From the NCBI GenBank assembly GCA_964035575.1, contig OZ037836.1, positions 1,488,001-1,552,000 of the forward strand: 64,000 nucleotides of DNA. Direction: 5' to 3'. The first letter of the stretch is position 1. Each line of letters starts with the position of its first letter. This document shows, piece after piece, positions 10,911-21,903 of the stretch. The DNA comes from Rhynchopus sp. YZ270_cl-10. Taxonomy: Eukaryota. The notes under the pieces are model-generated. The model was not told the origin of the DNA, searched no databases, and worked only from the letters and a program-made list of their open reading frames with translations. The translations under genes and the position numbers were made by a program.

Positions 10911-13039
10911 AAAAATTGCGCTTATATTTGCACATTTGTGCTGAACTATGTCATGGGAAAGGGTGGGTTGCAATCTTGCGCCGCAGGCGCACGGTACGCT
11001 ACTTTTTTCGTTGGCCATGCTGCATGCTTCCTTCTTCTTTCTCACTCCTCATTGGGTTCTACGAGCTCCGTCCGTAAAATGGTGGGGTCACAACATGCAG
11101 CAAAGTTCGCAGCTATGCAAACTGCCCCCACGTTTACTTTGCACTTTGCCCTCAGTGGCCAAGTGCTGACCATATTTTACACTAAACCTGAAAATGCCCT
11201 GTAAAAACTGACACATGCATTTTAGGTCAAAAATACTCATTTCTCAGCGCAAAGTGACCCCATCACAGCACGCACGGACTCCCGAGAATCGAGAAAAAAA
11301 TTTTCCCCCAATTTGTTGGGGGCCAAAAAAGAAAAATTTCCCCCCGACCCCCCGACTCCGACCCCCCAAAAAGTTTATACAGGGAAATAATTTTTCGCAA
11401 AAAACACCCCAAAAATAAAGTGTAATTTTTGTACTTCTTTTGTAGTTGTTTTGTGCTGTTTTTGTACTGGATTTAGCCACACCAAATAATACAAAAAATC
11501 ACAAAGATCCATACAAATCCACACAATGGATTTAATTGCATATGTGGCCTGGTCAGGGGTGTCGCTAATTTTGGGGAAATTTTTGAAAAATCTGAAATCG
11601 GGGTGCAATTTTTTTTTTTTTTACGTGGGGATTTTTTTTCCATTACCAGGGGGCGAAAAAACAGTGTTTTGTGGCATTTCCGAGCCAATCCCAGGCTGTG
11701 GTGGGGGATATACGGAAAAATGGACAAACTTTTAGTGACTTAAATTTTCACAAAATATGAACCCATACTCTTAAACATGGGTCATTTTCAGGTCTGAAAA
11801 CCCAAATTCAGATGAAATTGTGGTGTTTTTGACATTACTGAGAACAGTAGGTAGCGCCGCAGGCGCACGGTACCCAACTTTTGTCTTTTCTTTTTCCCTT
11901 TTCTCTGCGTTCTTTTGAATGTGCGAGCCGATTGCTCTCCACGGTGGGGTCACATGTGTGCGCTAAAATACGCTAAAGTACCCTTACACTGAAGTATGAG
12001 ATTCTCTGGTTTTAGCAAGGAAACCCTTGCAAGCATGTTCCCAGATCACGAAAAGAGGGGAGGCGTTTTTGGGCGTTTTTGTTGATTGCATCGTCCGATG
12101 CGGTGCAATTGCAGAAAGTGATGGGGTCATTTTGGAAAAATGGACGAGTTTTCGGTATTTAAGTTTTCACCATTTTTTTTATTCCTGTGCACTTTTCGAG
12201 ACTGCCGATTCTCGTAAACAAGGGTCATGTTCAAGTCCGAAAACACAGCTTCAGATGAAATTGTGGTGTTCTTGACTGAGAACGGTAGCGCCGCAGGCGC
12301 ACGGTACCCAACTTTTGTCTTTTTGTCTTTTCCTTTTTCTCTGCGTTCTTTTGATTGCGCGAGCCGATTGCTCTCCACGGTGGGGTCACATGTGTGCGCA
12401 AAAACACGCTATGGTACCTTTACTAAGGAAACCCTGGTTTGCAAAAAAAAGGGGTAAGGCAGGGTAAGGAAATCCCACCCAAAAAATAAATCTTCGCGGG
12501 GTGAGGGCGGCACCTGGTGATTTTCCCTGACCCCCAAAAACCTCGTTTTTGGAACGTTCTGACACAACCGAGTTCACGGTGGCCTCTCACTTAAAAAAAG
12601 AACAAGTTGTTAACACATTAAACCCACCCTGTATTAGGTGCAATTTTTTTTTTCCTACACAGATTTTACTAGGGGTGCAAATTTTTTTTTTGGTTTTGAA
12701 AAAGTCGGGACCCTGGACCCGAATTAGCGACACCCCTGGTTTTATATGATACGAGAAATTTTTTGATAAGTGTTGCATTTTGCCCCAAAGTGTGACGCGA
12801 GCGTGACGGTATTTTGAGGGGGGTTTTCACAAAAAATCGATTTTTTTTAGTCAGGAAAGTCTCTGTAGAGGTTTTCTGGCGGTTTATTGGGATATTTGGG
12901 TGATCCCCAGGGCGATTTGCGGCCAGGTACGCCCATTTTAGTGGATTTCTTCACCTAAATTTCAAAAAAATGGTTTTGGACACCAAATCCTTAAGGAATT
13001 CCTTCTACGTGGACCCCCCTAATCCCCCCCTCCCCACAG

Positions 13040-13207
13040 CCAGCCAGAGGGTCACACCCGTGCCTACGCGAACGGGAAGCAGTGCAGCGTTGCATAGAAC
13101 AGCGTCTTGCAAGCAAATGCCAGCCCATCCTCGACGCCTTCAACACCTGCGAGGAGAAGTACTTCACAAAGACCAAGGTGGACGCGATACACGACAACGT
13201 GAAATGA
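13040..13207 (+). CDS. Twin CX9C last exon, copy 2
   Basis: Same acceptor context and frame as 3376-3543, with one K>E change. Confidence 0.7.
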   Translation, partial: PARGSHPCLREREAVQRCIEQRLASKCQPILDAFNTCEEKYFTKTKVDAIHDNVK

Positions 13208-13330
13208 GGCAAAAAAATAAGTTCTGCTCCCTCACAACTTTTTGAATAGCACAACCCGACACAGCACAACCCACCCCCACCACCACAGTTCCACCACATT
13301 ATATACCCGTCACACCCTTCACACTTCAAA

Positions 13331-14491
13331 ATGATGTCTCTTCGTTCCATTGTGCTCCAGGCGAAGTTCGTGCTCTCTGCTGTGCAGCTGGGTGCCGTGC
13401 AGATGCGCAGCAAGGTGACCAAGGCAGCAAAGAAGCCTGTGGCGAAGAAGTCTGCGTCGAAGAAGGTGTCTGCCAAGAAGGTGAAGGCTGCTCTTAAGGC
13501 TGCCCTGAAGGCTCTCTCTGCCAAGAAGGCTGCGAAGAAGGCACAGGCTGTCAAGGTGAAGAAGGCTGCTCTTAAGGCTGCCCTGAAGGCTCGCGCTGCC
13601 AAGAAGGCTGCGAAGAAGGCACAGGTTGTCAAGGCCAAGAAGGCTGCCCTGAAGGCTCGTGCTGCGAAGAAGGCACAGGTCAAGAAGGACAAGAAGGCTG
13701 CTTACAAGGTCATGAAAGCCGCCCTCAAGAAGATCCAGAAAAAGGCAAAGAAGGCTCGTGTTGACGAGGCAAAGCAGATAAAAAAAACAGAGAAGGCTGC
13801 CCTGAAGGCTCGTGTTGCCGAGGCAAAGCAGATAAAAAAAACAGAGAAGGCTGCCCTGAAGGCTCGTGTTGCCGAGGCAAAGCAGATCAAAAAAACAGAG
13901 AAGGCTCGTGTTGCCGAGGCAAAGCAGGTCAAGAAAACAGAGAAGGCTGCCCTGAAGGCTCGTGTTGACGAGGTAAAGCAGGTTCAGAAGGCAAAGAAGG
14001 CTGCTCTCAGGGCTCGTGTTGCGAAGAGAAAGCAGGCTGTCAAGGCCAAGAAGGCTGCCCTCAAGGCTCGTCTGGCGAAGAAGAGACAGGCTGCCAAGGA
14101 CAAGAAGGCTGCCCTCAAGGCTCGTGTCAACGAGGAGAAGGCCAAGAAGGCCAAGATCGCATCGAGCGGACCTATCACCGCACGCACCCTGTTCTTCCAG
14201 AAGACGATGAAGGGAACGAAGCTGACCCTGAAGGATATGAACACGAAGTGGGCAGCACTCTCCGCCCAGCAGCGTGGAGTGCTCGAGGCTGAGGCAGCAA
14301 AGAACAAGGCCAAGAGGACCGACATCCGCCAGAGCCTGAAGAAGCCTGCTACCAAGTACGCGCTCTTCACGAAGAAGCACTTCCCCGCTGAGTACACGGC
14401 TGCCATGAAGTCTGGCCTTCCCCGCAAGGAGGCCTTCGCGACTGCGATACATGCTGTGTTGAAGAAGTACCGTTCCCAGCGAAGTGTCTGA
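13331..14491 (+). CDS. KAP-like H1/HMG protein, copy 2, 386 aa
   Basis: Near-identical to 3667-4617 with extra in-frame Lys/Ala repeat units (+70 aa). Confidence 0.8.
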   Translation: MMSLRSIVLQAKFVLSAVQLGAVQMRSKVTKAAKKPVAKKSASKKVSAKKVKAALKAALKALSAKKAAKKAQAVKVKKAALKAALKARAAKKAAKKAQVVKAKKAALKARAAKKAQVKKDKKAAYKVMKAALKKIQKKAKKARVDEAKQIKKTEKAALKARVAEAKQIKKTEKAALKARVAEAKQIKKTEKARVAEAKQVKKTEKAALKARVDEVKQVQKAKKAALRARVAKRKQAVKAKKAALKARLAKKRQAAKDKKAALKARVNEEKAKKAKIASSGPITARTLFFQKTMKGTKLTLKDMNTKWAALSAQQRGVLEAEAAKNKAKRTDIRQSLKKPATKYALFTKKHFPAEYTAAMKSGLPRKEAFATAIHAVLKKYRSQRSV

Positions 14492-15527
14492 CGTATTGAT
14501 GCAACCCTGCTGCAAGTCAAGGAGGCCTGCTGCAAGCAGTGGTTGTGTTGTTTGGTTTGATTGATATGATTCTCAGTCAAAGTTGATTTTTTTGTGTCCT
14601 CGACGCCTTCAACACCTGCGAGGAGAAGTACTTCACAAAGACCAAGGTGGACGCGATACACGACAACGTGAAATGAGGCAAAAAATAAGTTCTGCTCCTT
14701 CTGGGGCGAGGTTTGAGCACCGGAGAACGAATACACCCTTGTATTATACAAGGCAGAAAAAAGGGGACATTTGGGCACGCATGCGGCTAAATAGTACCTA
14801 TTTTCCAGAATTTCCTAACCTAAGTAGACAAATTTACCTGTTTTTATTACCTTGTGGTGTGGTTTCCGCATTTTTCACATTTTTTACATTTTCGAGGCAG
14901 GGCGCTTCATTGGTTCGTTAGTCTCAAAGGCCGCACAGTGCGGAGTATCTTCGATACTTCAAATACAAGAAAACAACCCCCCTGCATTTCACAACTTTTT
15001 GAATAGCACAACCCGACACAGCACAACCCACCCCCACCACCACAGTTCCACCTCATTATATACCCGTCACACCCTTCACACTTCAAAATGATGTCTCTTC
15101 GTTCCATTGGATCAGCACACAGTCGAGGTGGGTGAAGATGACACAGTGGAGGGCTTGCGGCGGAAGGTGGCGTCTGCAATGGGGTTGCCTGAAGACAGCT
15201 TTTGCATGAGTTTCGGAGACGAAGCGCTGGGAGAAGGAGCGGACATGACGCAGCTGAGTGCTGGTGACAATCATCCTCACGAAGACGAAGAAGTAAGAAG
15301 CCATTGCAGAGCTTCATGCGTTGGGTGTGACCGACATCACAGCCGAGAAGTTGGAGAGTGTGGAGGATCCTGAGGTGGCGTGTTTGCTTCTGCAGGCGGA
15401 GGTTGCGACTATCATTCCGGATTGGTTCTTGTCATGCACTTCGTTGACGAGACTTGATCTCAGTGCTGAGTCCATTGTGACTCACATCGGAGACAGCTTC
15501 CTGGCCCACTGCACCTCGTTGACAAGT

Positions 15528-17392
15528 GTCGGGGAAGACCTTTTCTGGGCGATGAAGACGTGGCTCGCTGCACTGCGTTGGCCTGATGGAGCGGTACGGA
15601 TGGAAATGGGACGATTTCCACTGCTGGACGACGCATACCGGGATGAGGGTGAGAATCCAGCAGTATGAGAGCGGCAAGTGGCTGCACGAGCTGCGGGTGG
15701 GCATTCGCGCGAAAGTATTCCGAGCGACGGCGGAACGCAGAACAGGGATGAAGGGGATCGAGAGCGGCGTGGACCGGCAGCTGACGAACGAGCTGTGGAG
15801 AGACGCTTCGACGGACAGGTACGTGGCAGGTACCATTCGGGGCACTTTGTCAGGCTCGACGGTGGTGGGTGTGCACTTGCAGGAATGGGGAAAAGACGTG
15901 TCGTCGCTGGGCAGGTACTGCGACATGGCGATTGAGACGAGGGTGCACACGTGGTGGTGGTGCCCGCGGTGGGACTCGCACCGGGGAGAAGATATCGACG
16001 AGCTCCGGATCACGCTCATGAACGCACCTCCATGCTTCATGAATCACGGCCTGGTGCCCGAGGTCTTCTTGCAGGAGTTAAGCGCGAAAGAGAAGGCGAA
16101 GCTGGTGAAGCGTGTGCAGGGGATGATGGCGGCAATCATCATTGCGCGCCATGCGTACGATCGGGAAATCGGGCGCCGCGACAAGAAGAACGCGCCGAAG
16201 CTGGGTGGGATGTCGATGTTTCCTTGGGGCTGGAAGCCGCCGCAGGAGGCAGAGCTGGAGACGTTCGACCCGCTTGAGCGTGTACTGTGGAAAAGTGGAC
16301 ATATCCACAGCGACAAATGGACGGAAGACCTTTTCTGGGCGATGAAGACGTGGCTCGCTGCACTGCGTTGGCCTGATGGCACAACGCCCCCCATCACGCA
16401 GATAGAGCTCATGTTGGATTTCGAAGTCTTCTCGGGGCTGGATGTGCCGGGGGTATCAGTGGGGAAAAGAGCTGAATTTTTCGGCAGTATGTTGCGACAG
16501 GCAGAGGTGATGGCGGGTGGTAGAACGGTGTGGAAAGGTGTTAGGTTGACTTCGGTGCGACATCTGGGGGAGCTGGGGGCCGGAACCCACGTGGGGTATT
16601 CTGTGAGACCTGTGCTGACGTATTCGGCAGAGGTTGAGCAGTACCTGCGTGACATGCGGCTGAAGGCGACCGAGAAGCAAGCAGCAACAGTGGCGCAGCA
16701 GAAGAAGAAGAAGAAGGGAACGGGATGGGGTGACTGCACGGTGACTCACTCTGCTGCCGACGAACGCTCCGTAAGGGGCGAACAATGGAAGCAGATGGCA
16801 GAGGCACAGGTGCAGGCAGAGACGAGACGGAAGGAGTCAGCGCTTGCCGCGGTCGCGGCAGCGCAGAGAATACGTGCGGGAGCGAGGAGGAGACAGACGC
16901 CGGCTGTCCGGGTAACGGCGAAAAGGAAGCAGGGGAACATGCAGGTGTGCGTCACACACAGTAGGTTGCGATGCGAGGACTGCACCCTCAACCGCAACAA
17001 CATCAACAACTGTTGTGCGATGCACCACTGCGATGCGAACATTTTGGAGGCATGCGATGAGGCAGTAGACTCGTGTGAACAGCACAGTATATCTGCGTGC
17101 GGGCAGTGTGCGGGGGCAGCGACACCGATGACGGCGAAGCAGTGCTGTGGCAAGCACCACAACTGCACAGGACACGACAGAGGAGCTTGCGATATTTGTG
17201 TGGCCAGTGAGAGGAAGAAGAAGAACCGTGACGGACGCCCGATGATTGCTTCGCCGCAATGCAAGAAGGGTCACCACGACGTGAATCAGACGCGTCTGGT
17301 GTTTCGATAACGATGGTGTACACGTGGTGCCATCCTCATAATTAGGCTGCTGGTCGGCTAATTGTGGGGGTGGGTCACGTTAACAAGTTTAA
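15528..17392 (+). mobile_element. 5'-truncated non-LTR retrotransposon (family A)
   Basis: 13-bp TSD CTCGTTGACAAGT (15515-15527 / 17393-17405); ORF with a degenerate post-RT zinc knuckle (ETRVHTWWWCPRW); short 3' UTR without poly-A. Confidence 0.85.
15586..17310 (+). CDS. C-terminal part of a LINE ORF (zinc knuckle, W-L-x-x-L-R-W/ELxxDFE block, three Cys/His repeats)
   Basis: Colinear motif similarity with 48764-50743; RT core absent (truncated). Confidence 0.75.
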   Translation: MERYGWKWDDFHCWTTHTGMRVRIQQYESGKWLHELRVGIRAKVFRATAERRTGMKGIESGVDRQLTNELWRDASTDRYVAGTIRGTLSGSTVVGVHLQEWGKDVSSLGRYCDMAIETRVHTWWWCPRWDSHRGEDIDELRITLMNAPPCFMNHGLVPEVFLQELSAKEKAKLVKRVQGMMAAIIIARHAYDREIGRRDKKNAPKLGGMSMFPWGWKPPQEAELETFDPLERVLWKSGHIHSDKWTEDLFWAMKTWLAALRWPDGTTPPITQIELMLDFEVFSGLDVPGVSVGKRAEFFGSMLRQAEVMAGGRTVWKGVRLTSVRHLGELGAGTHVGYSVRPVLTYSAEVEQYLRDMRLKATEKQAATVAQQKKKKKGTGWGDCTVTHSAADERSVRGEQWKQMAEAQVQAETRRKESALAAVAAAQRIRAGARRRQTPAVRVTAKRKQGNMQVCVTHSRLRCEDCTLNRNNINNCCAMHHCDANILEACDEAVDSCEQHSISACGQCAGAATPMTAKQCCGKHHNCTGHDRGACDICVASERKKKNRDGRPMIASPQCKKGHHDVNQTRLVFR

Positions 17393-17906
17393 CTCGTTGA
17401 CAAGTCTGGACCTCTCTGGGTTGAGCAATGTGACGGAGGTTGGCGCAGGCTTCCTTTACAACTGCAGCAGTTTAAGGACCCTGGATTTGTCGCCACTCAG
17501 CAATGTGACGCATATTCGTTTGTTCTTTGGAAGTGCGCATTTTGCTGGGAACTGCACTTCGTTGGCGAGCATTTACCTTTCCGGCTGCAGCAGTGTTGTG
17601 TCCGACGAAGTGAGGGCGAGAAGTTGAGTAAGCTTGTGGTTGAAACACGTCCGAAACGAATCAGAGACGAATCCCCCGAGCAAAGCCAGAAGTGACAGAG
17701 ACACGCACAATGACGACGTGGTATGTTGGTGGCAGGGCAGCACCTCCCCGAGGTGGAGGGTCTCTGGCAGTGTGTCTGCTTGCGTCCTCTGGTTCGGAGA
17801 AGAAGAGGGGCACAGTCTTGCTCACCGTGGCACAGACTACTACTTGGTGCGAGAGGAGAGCTGTGCTGAGCAAGACGTTCCACACATTGTGTTATGTTAC
17901 GCTGTG

Positions 17907-18371
17907 TCCCCATTGTGAAGCTTTCTTTTCACTCCTCTGCCTTTTAGGCTTTACCCCTTTTTATTGATGACACTTGTGATATATCGTTGGAAATCTTTTT
18001 GTATACGCGGACATATTTGTGCAAAGGTACAACTGCAAATAATTCCCCCAAAACAAAAGAAAAGAAAACAAAATACTGTAGCAGTGTGGCTACACTAATG
18101 CAACCAAGTTTTCAAAATAGAAACAAAGCATTCTGACACCTCCTGCAAAGCGTACTCCTTCTATTTGCGCTCTTTTAAGGATCCTGTGAAGACAGCATTG
18201 TGCCTGCTATCTAGTGATACTACTGATAGTACCACCTGATTTTTACCCCTCGCATAGGCGCGTATTGGCACGTAAAGGCGTGTAACGGCTGGGACAAATG
18301 GGTGGTGTTTGGCTTTTCGCGACTTTTCGAGAGGTAAACATCAGGTGGTAGTAGGCTATAATGAAACACAA
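17907..18371. mobile_element. Insertion in the UBL-LRR 3' region
   Basis: Absent from copy 1 (~7700-7730); flanked by near-duplicate TTATGTTAC(G/T)CTGTG. Confidence 0.55.
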
Positions 18372-19845
18372 TTATGTTACTCTGTGCTGCAAAAGAATCC
18401 CCACAAAAACCCATGTCTTATTCATTACAACGTACCTCCCCCCCCCCTTTTTTTCTGTAATCCATCACTCTGAACTCGTTGACACCACGTGGTCTTTCAC
18501 TGTCTTCTTGGTAGCTTTGCACGAAGAGGTGTGAGGTGTGATGACGGAGGCGAGTGGCTTCGTGTGATATGATGCAGGTTTCTTCTCCTCAGATGAGGAG
18601 TTCTGAGGACCACGGGGAGGGGAGGGTCGACAAGCGAAAACGTTTCATCTCCCGCCTTGTTGTCTGCTTAGCAGATGGCTTCACTGATGGATTCAATTTC
18701 TTCGGGGGCAGCCCTTTCCAGTGGATGACGGCGAGGGCCGTTTCCGTTTCCGTGAAGGGCGCATTGTTGCGACAGGCCTGTGTCTCTCAGGTGTCCAGAG
18801 TGTCGAGAGCACGACGACACACAGGTGTCGCTGGAACTGCAGCATTCGTTTGTGACGGAGGTGAATGGGAAAGAGTGAGAAGAGAAGCCGGAATCTGTGA
18901 ATAGGACAAAGAGTGTGCAAGAGTATGCCACGATGTGGAAGCGGTGCTTGGCCGAGCTGCCGCAGGTGAAGACTGAGCGTATGGTACCTTGCGCACCCTT
19001 CCACGACATAGTCGTGAAGTCGAGCATGCTTGTCGGAGGCATCCTGTGAGATGCCTCCACCCCTTCAAGGAGTGACTACTCCATGCAGATGAGGCAGATG
19101 ACGGTGAAGCTGGCAGGAAGGCATGGGCGACACTCCGTCCGAACGTTGATTGACTTAATGTGTCATCATGTCGGGGAGGAGGGAGGAGGAGATCAAGCGC
19201 AGTGTCCCCTCCATCAGCACGATTGGCCGAGGGGATATGCGTGTAGGAGAGGCACCTCTATTTGCGGTGACCGTTATTATGTCTGCTATTAGGGCGATGG
19301 GCCAGACCACGACGGGAGCCTTTTCTTTCCTCTTCACATAACACCCCCCCTCCCCTCCCCTCACCTCTCACCTCACACCCTCCCCACCTCAGGGAGACAC
19401 AAACACACATACTCTTTCCACCCCCCCCTCTCACACACTCTATCCCCTCCCCTCCCCTCTCACCTCACACCCTCCCCACCTCAGGGAGACACAAACACAC
19501 ATACTCTTTCCACCCCCCCCTCTCACACACTCTATCCCCTCCCCTCCCCTCTCACCTCACACCCTCCCCACCTCAGGGAGACACAAACACACATACTCTT
19601 TCCACCCCCCCCTCTCACACACTCTATCCCCTCCCCTCACCTCTCACCTCACACCCTCCCCACCTCAGGGAGACACAAACACACATACTCTTTCCACCCC
19701 CCCCTCTCACACACTCTATCCCCTCCCCTCACCTCTCACCTCACACCCTCCCCACCTCAGGGAGACACAAACACACATACTCTTTCCACCCCCCCCCCTC
19801 TCACACACTCTATCCCCTCCCCTCACCTCTCACCTCACACCCTCC

Positions 19846-19952
19846 CATACTGTAAACTTGTTTAAGTAGCTTTGCTACGCCAGGGGGGTCTCTAGGATAA
19901 AATATGTCGCGAATAAGAAAGTCTTTTCCCCCTCCCCCTTTTTCGCTATGGA

Positions 19953-19988
<36 letters not shown>

Positions 19989-20217
19989 GCGTACCATTTC
20001 TCTATTGCTACGTGCCCTTTTGTTGTTATTGCTTACCACTTGCTTCGGCAAGGTTGGTTGAGGACGTTACGGGGAAATCTCACCACCACCTTCATCAGTA
20101 TTTTGTGTTGTGTTTCCCCAGTCTCGCCCTCATGACCACATACCTCGCTGCCGTTTTTTCGGCGCTATTAACCAAAAAAGACCTTTCCCCCCATATTTTA
20201 TCCTAAAGAGACCCCCC
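19846..20217 (+). mobile_element. Solo A-B terminal repeat of the YR retrotransposon
   Basis: Matches 25340-25690 apart from homopolymer lengths; same insertion point in a satellite unit. Confidence 0.9.
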
Positions 20218-20756
20218 ACCTCAGGGAGACACAAACACACATACTCTTTCCACCCCCCCCTCTCACACACTCTATCCCCTCCCCTCCCCTCTCACCTCAC
20301 ACCCTCCCCACCTCAGGGAGACACAAACACACATACTCTTTCCACCCCCCCCTCTCACACACTCTATCCCCTCCCCTCACCTCTCACCTCACACCCTCCC
20401 CACCTCAGGGAGACACAAACACACATACTCTTTCCACCCCCCCCTCTCACACACTCTATCCCCTCCCCTCACCTCTCACCTCACACCCTCCATACTGTAA
20501 ACTTGTTTAAGTAGCTTTGCTACGCCAGGGGGGTCTCTAGGATAAAATATGTCGCGAATAAGAAAGTCTTTTCCCCCTCCCCCTTTTTCGCTATGGATAT
20601 ATTTTTTTTTTGCGCGTACCATTTCTCTATTGCTACGTGCCCTTTTGTTGTTATTGCTTACCACTTGCTTCGGCAAGGTTGGTTGAGGACGTTACGGGGA
20701 AATCTCACCACCACCTTCATCAGTATTTTGTGTTGTGTTTCCCCAGTCTCGCCCTC

Positions 20757-21875
20757 ATGACCACTATGGATGAAGCGCTGGAGTCGCTCAGGGCCAAGAG
20801 TGGGTCACGGTCGTTCCGGATGTCGCGAGATGTTGCGAACATCGTTGCGGATTCGTCGGACGCCGTGAAGTCTGCACTGGGAAACGCCTGGGAGTCCGTC
20901 ACGGGCGCGCTGTGCGTCCGGACGTTTGAGGATTTCCGGGGGGAGAAGGAAGATTTCGGGGAGGAACACGTGCGCGCTGCGTTGGCACGCGTCACGGGAA
21001 CTGTGCCCTCGGACTGGACAGATGTTCCCTGTCTGCGTCTTCTTTTGCTCCTTGGAGTCCTCCGGAAGAGGCTGGGAGACGAGCTTTTTGGAGCTGTCGT
21101 GAGGGAGGGCGACGCCGAGCTGCCTCACTCCCCCGAAGTGCCTACCCCTCCCGCCTCCGTGAACACCGTTGCTGAAGCGTTTGCGGCGGAGAGCGTGAGA
21201 GACGCAGAGAGGGACGAGGAGCGCGAACGCCTCACCGTGCACTTCACCCCTCGTTCCAACACACAACACCCTGCCCCCCCCGCCCCCCCCCTCCCTACAC
21301 ATGAGGACAAGTCAGAGGATGAGAAGAAGGATGCGAGCATCGGGGATAGCGAGAGCGAAGGCGAGGCTTCCGCCCCTACCAAGAAGCTCACAGTGGACAA
21401 TGTACTGCTCGTCCCGGACAAATGGCACGAGCTCTCGGAGGTACAGCTGCTTACCCTCCGCAACCGCCTCACCGAGATGTACCTGCCAAGGGAGCAAGGG
21501 GACGCCAGGGATGCCATCAAGGCGAGCATGGATATCATGTTCAGCATCTTGGAAGGTTCCCCACCGAACGACATCCTGTCCGGTCTCCTCAACTCTGTGA
21601 TGCACCTAGGCATCCGGGCGAAGGAAGGATGGGAGGCGGCCCAGGCCTTCTCCAAATCCATGACCGCCTCAAACGGGGTCTCCTCGGACAGGAAAGCCGC
21701 CCTGAAGGCAGCAGCAGGGGTTGGACAGAAGAGAAAGGCTCCGACATCTCATGCACAGGGAGGAAGGGCACCTAAGCGTCCGAGAACAGAAAACAAGCCG
21801 CGGCACTCCAGAGGAGGTGCCAACCAACGCCCGAACTGGTTTTTTCGGAACCATTCCTACGCCCCTCGCAGGTAG
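20757..21875 (+). CDS. Gag-like ORF1 of the YR retrotransposon
   Basis: First ORF after A1 (MTTMDEALES...), helical body with a basic C-terminus; assigned by position. Confidence 0.7.
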   Translation: MTTMDEALESLRAKSGSRSFRMSRDVANIVADSSDAVKSALGNAWESVTGALCVRTFEDFRGEKEDFGEEHVRAALARVTGTVPSDWTDVPCLRLLLLLGVLRKRLGDELFGAVVREGDAELPHSPEVPTPPASVNTVAEAFAAESVRDAERDEERERLTVHFTPRSNTQHPAPPAPPLPTHEDKSEDEKKDASIGDSESEGEASAPTKKLTVDNVLLVPDKWHELSEVQLLTLRNRLTEMYLPREQGDARDAIKASMDIMFSILEGSPPNDILSGLLNSVMHLGIRAKEGWEAAQAFSKSMTASNGVSSDRKAALKAAAGVGQKRKAPTSHAQGGRAPKRPRTENKPRHSRGGANQRPNWFFRNHSYAPRR

Positions 21876-21903
21876 TAACTACGGCACCACTGACCAGAGA
21901 GAG

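Larger units (their letters stand above)
15110..17694 (+). pseudogene. UBL-LRR gene, copy 2 (frameshifted, interrupted at 15528-17392)
   Basis: 2-bp deletion near 15268, TAC>TAA at ~15294, deletion near 17615; LRR resumes at 17393. Confidence 0.85.

Noticed and set aside
18554..19300. Coding-like GC-rich segment (also ~53230-53600 on the minus strand)
   Set aside because: Interrupted frames and no recognisable motif; possibly gene relics but cannot be called
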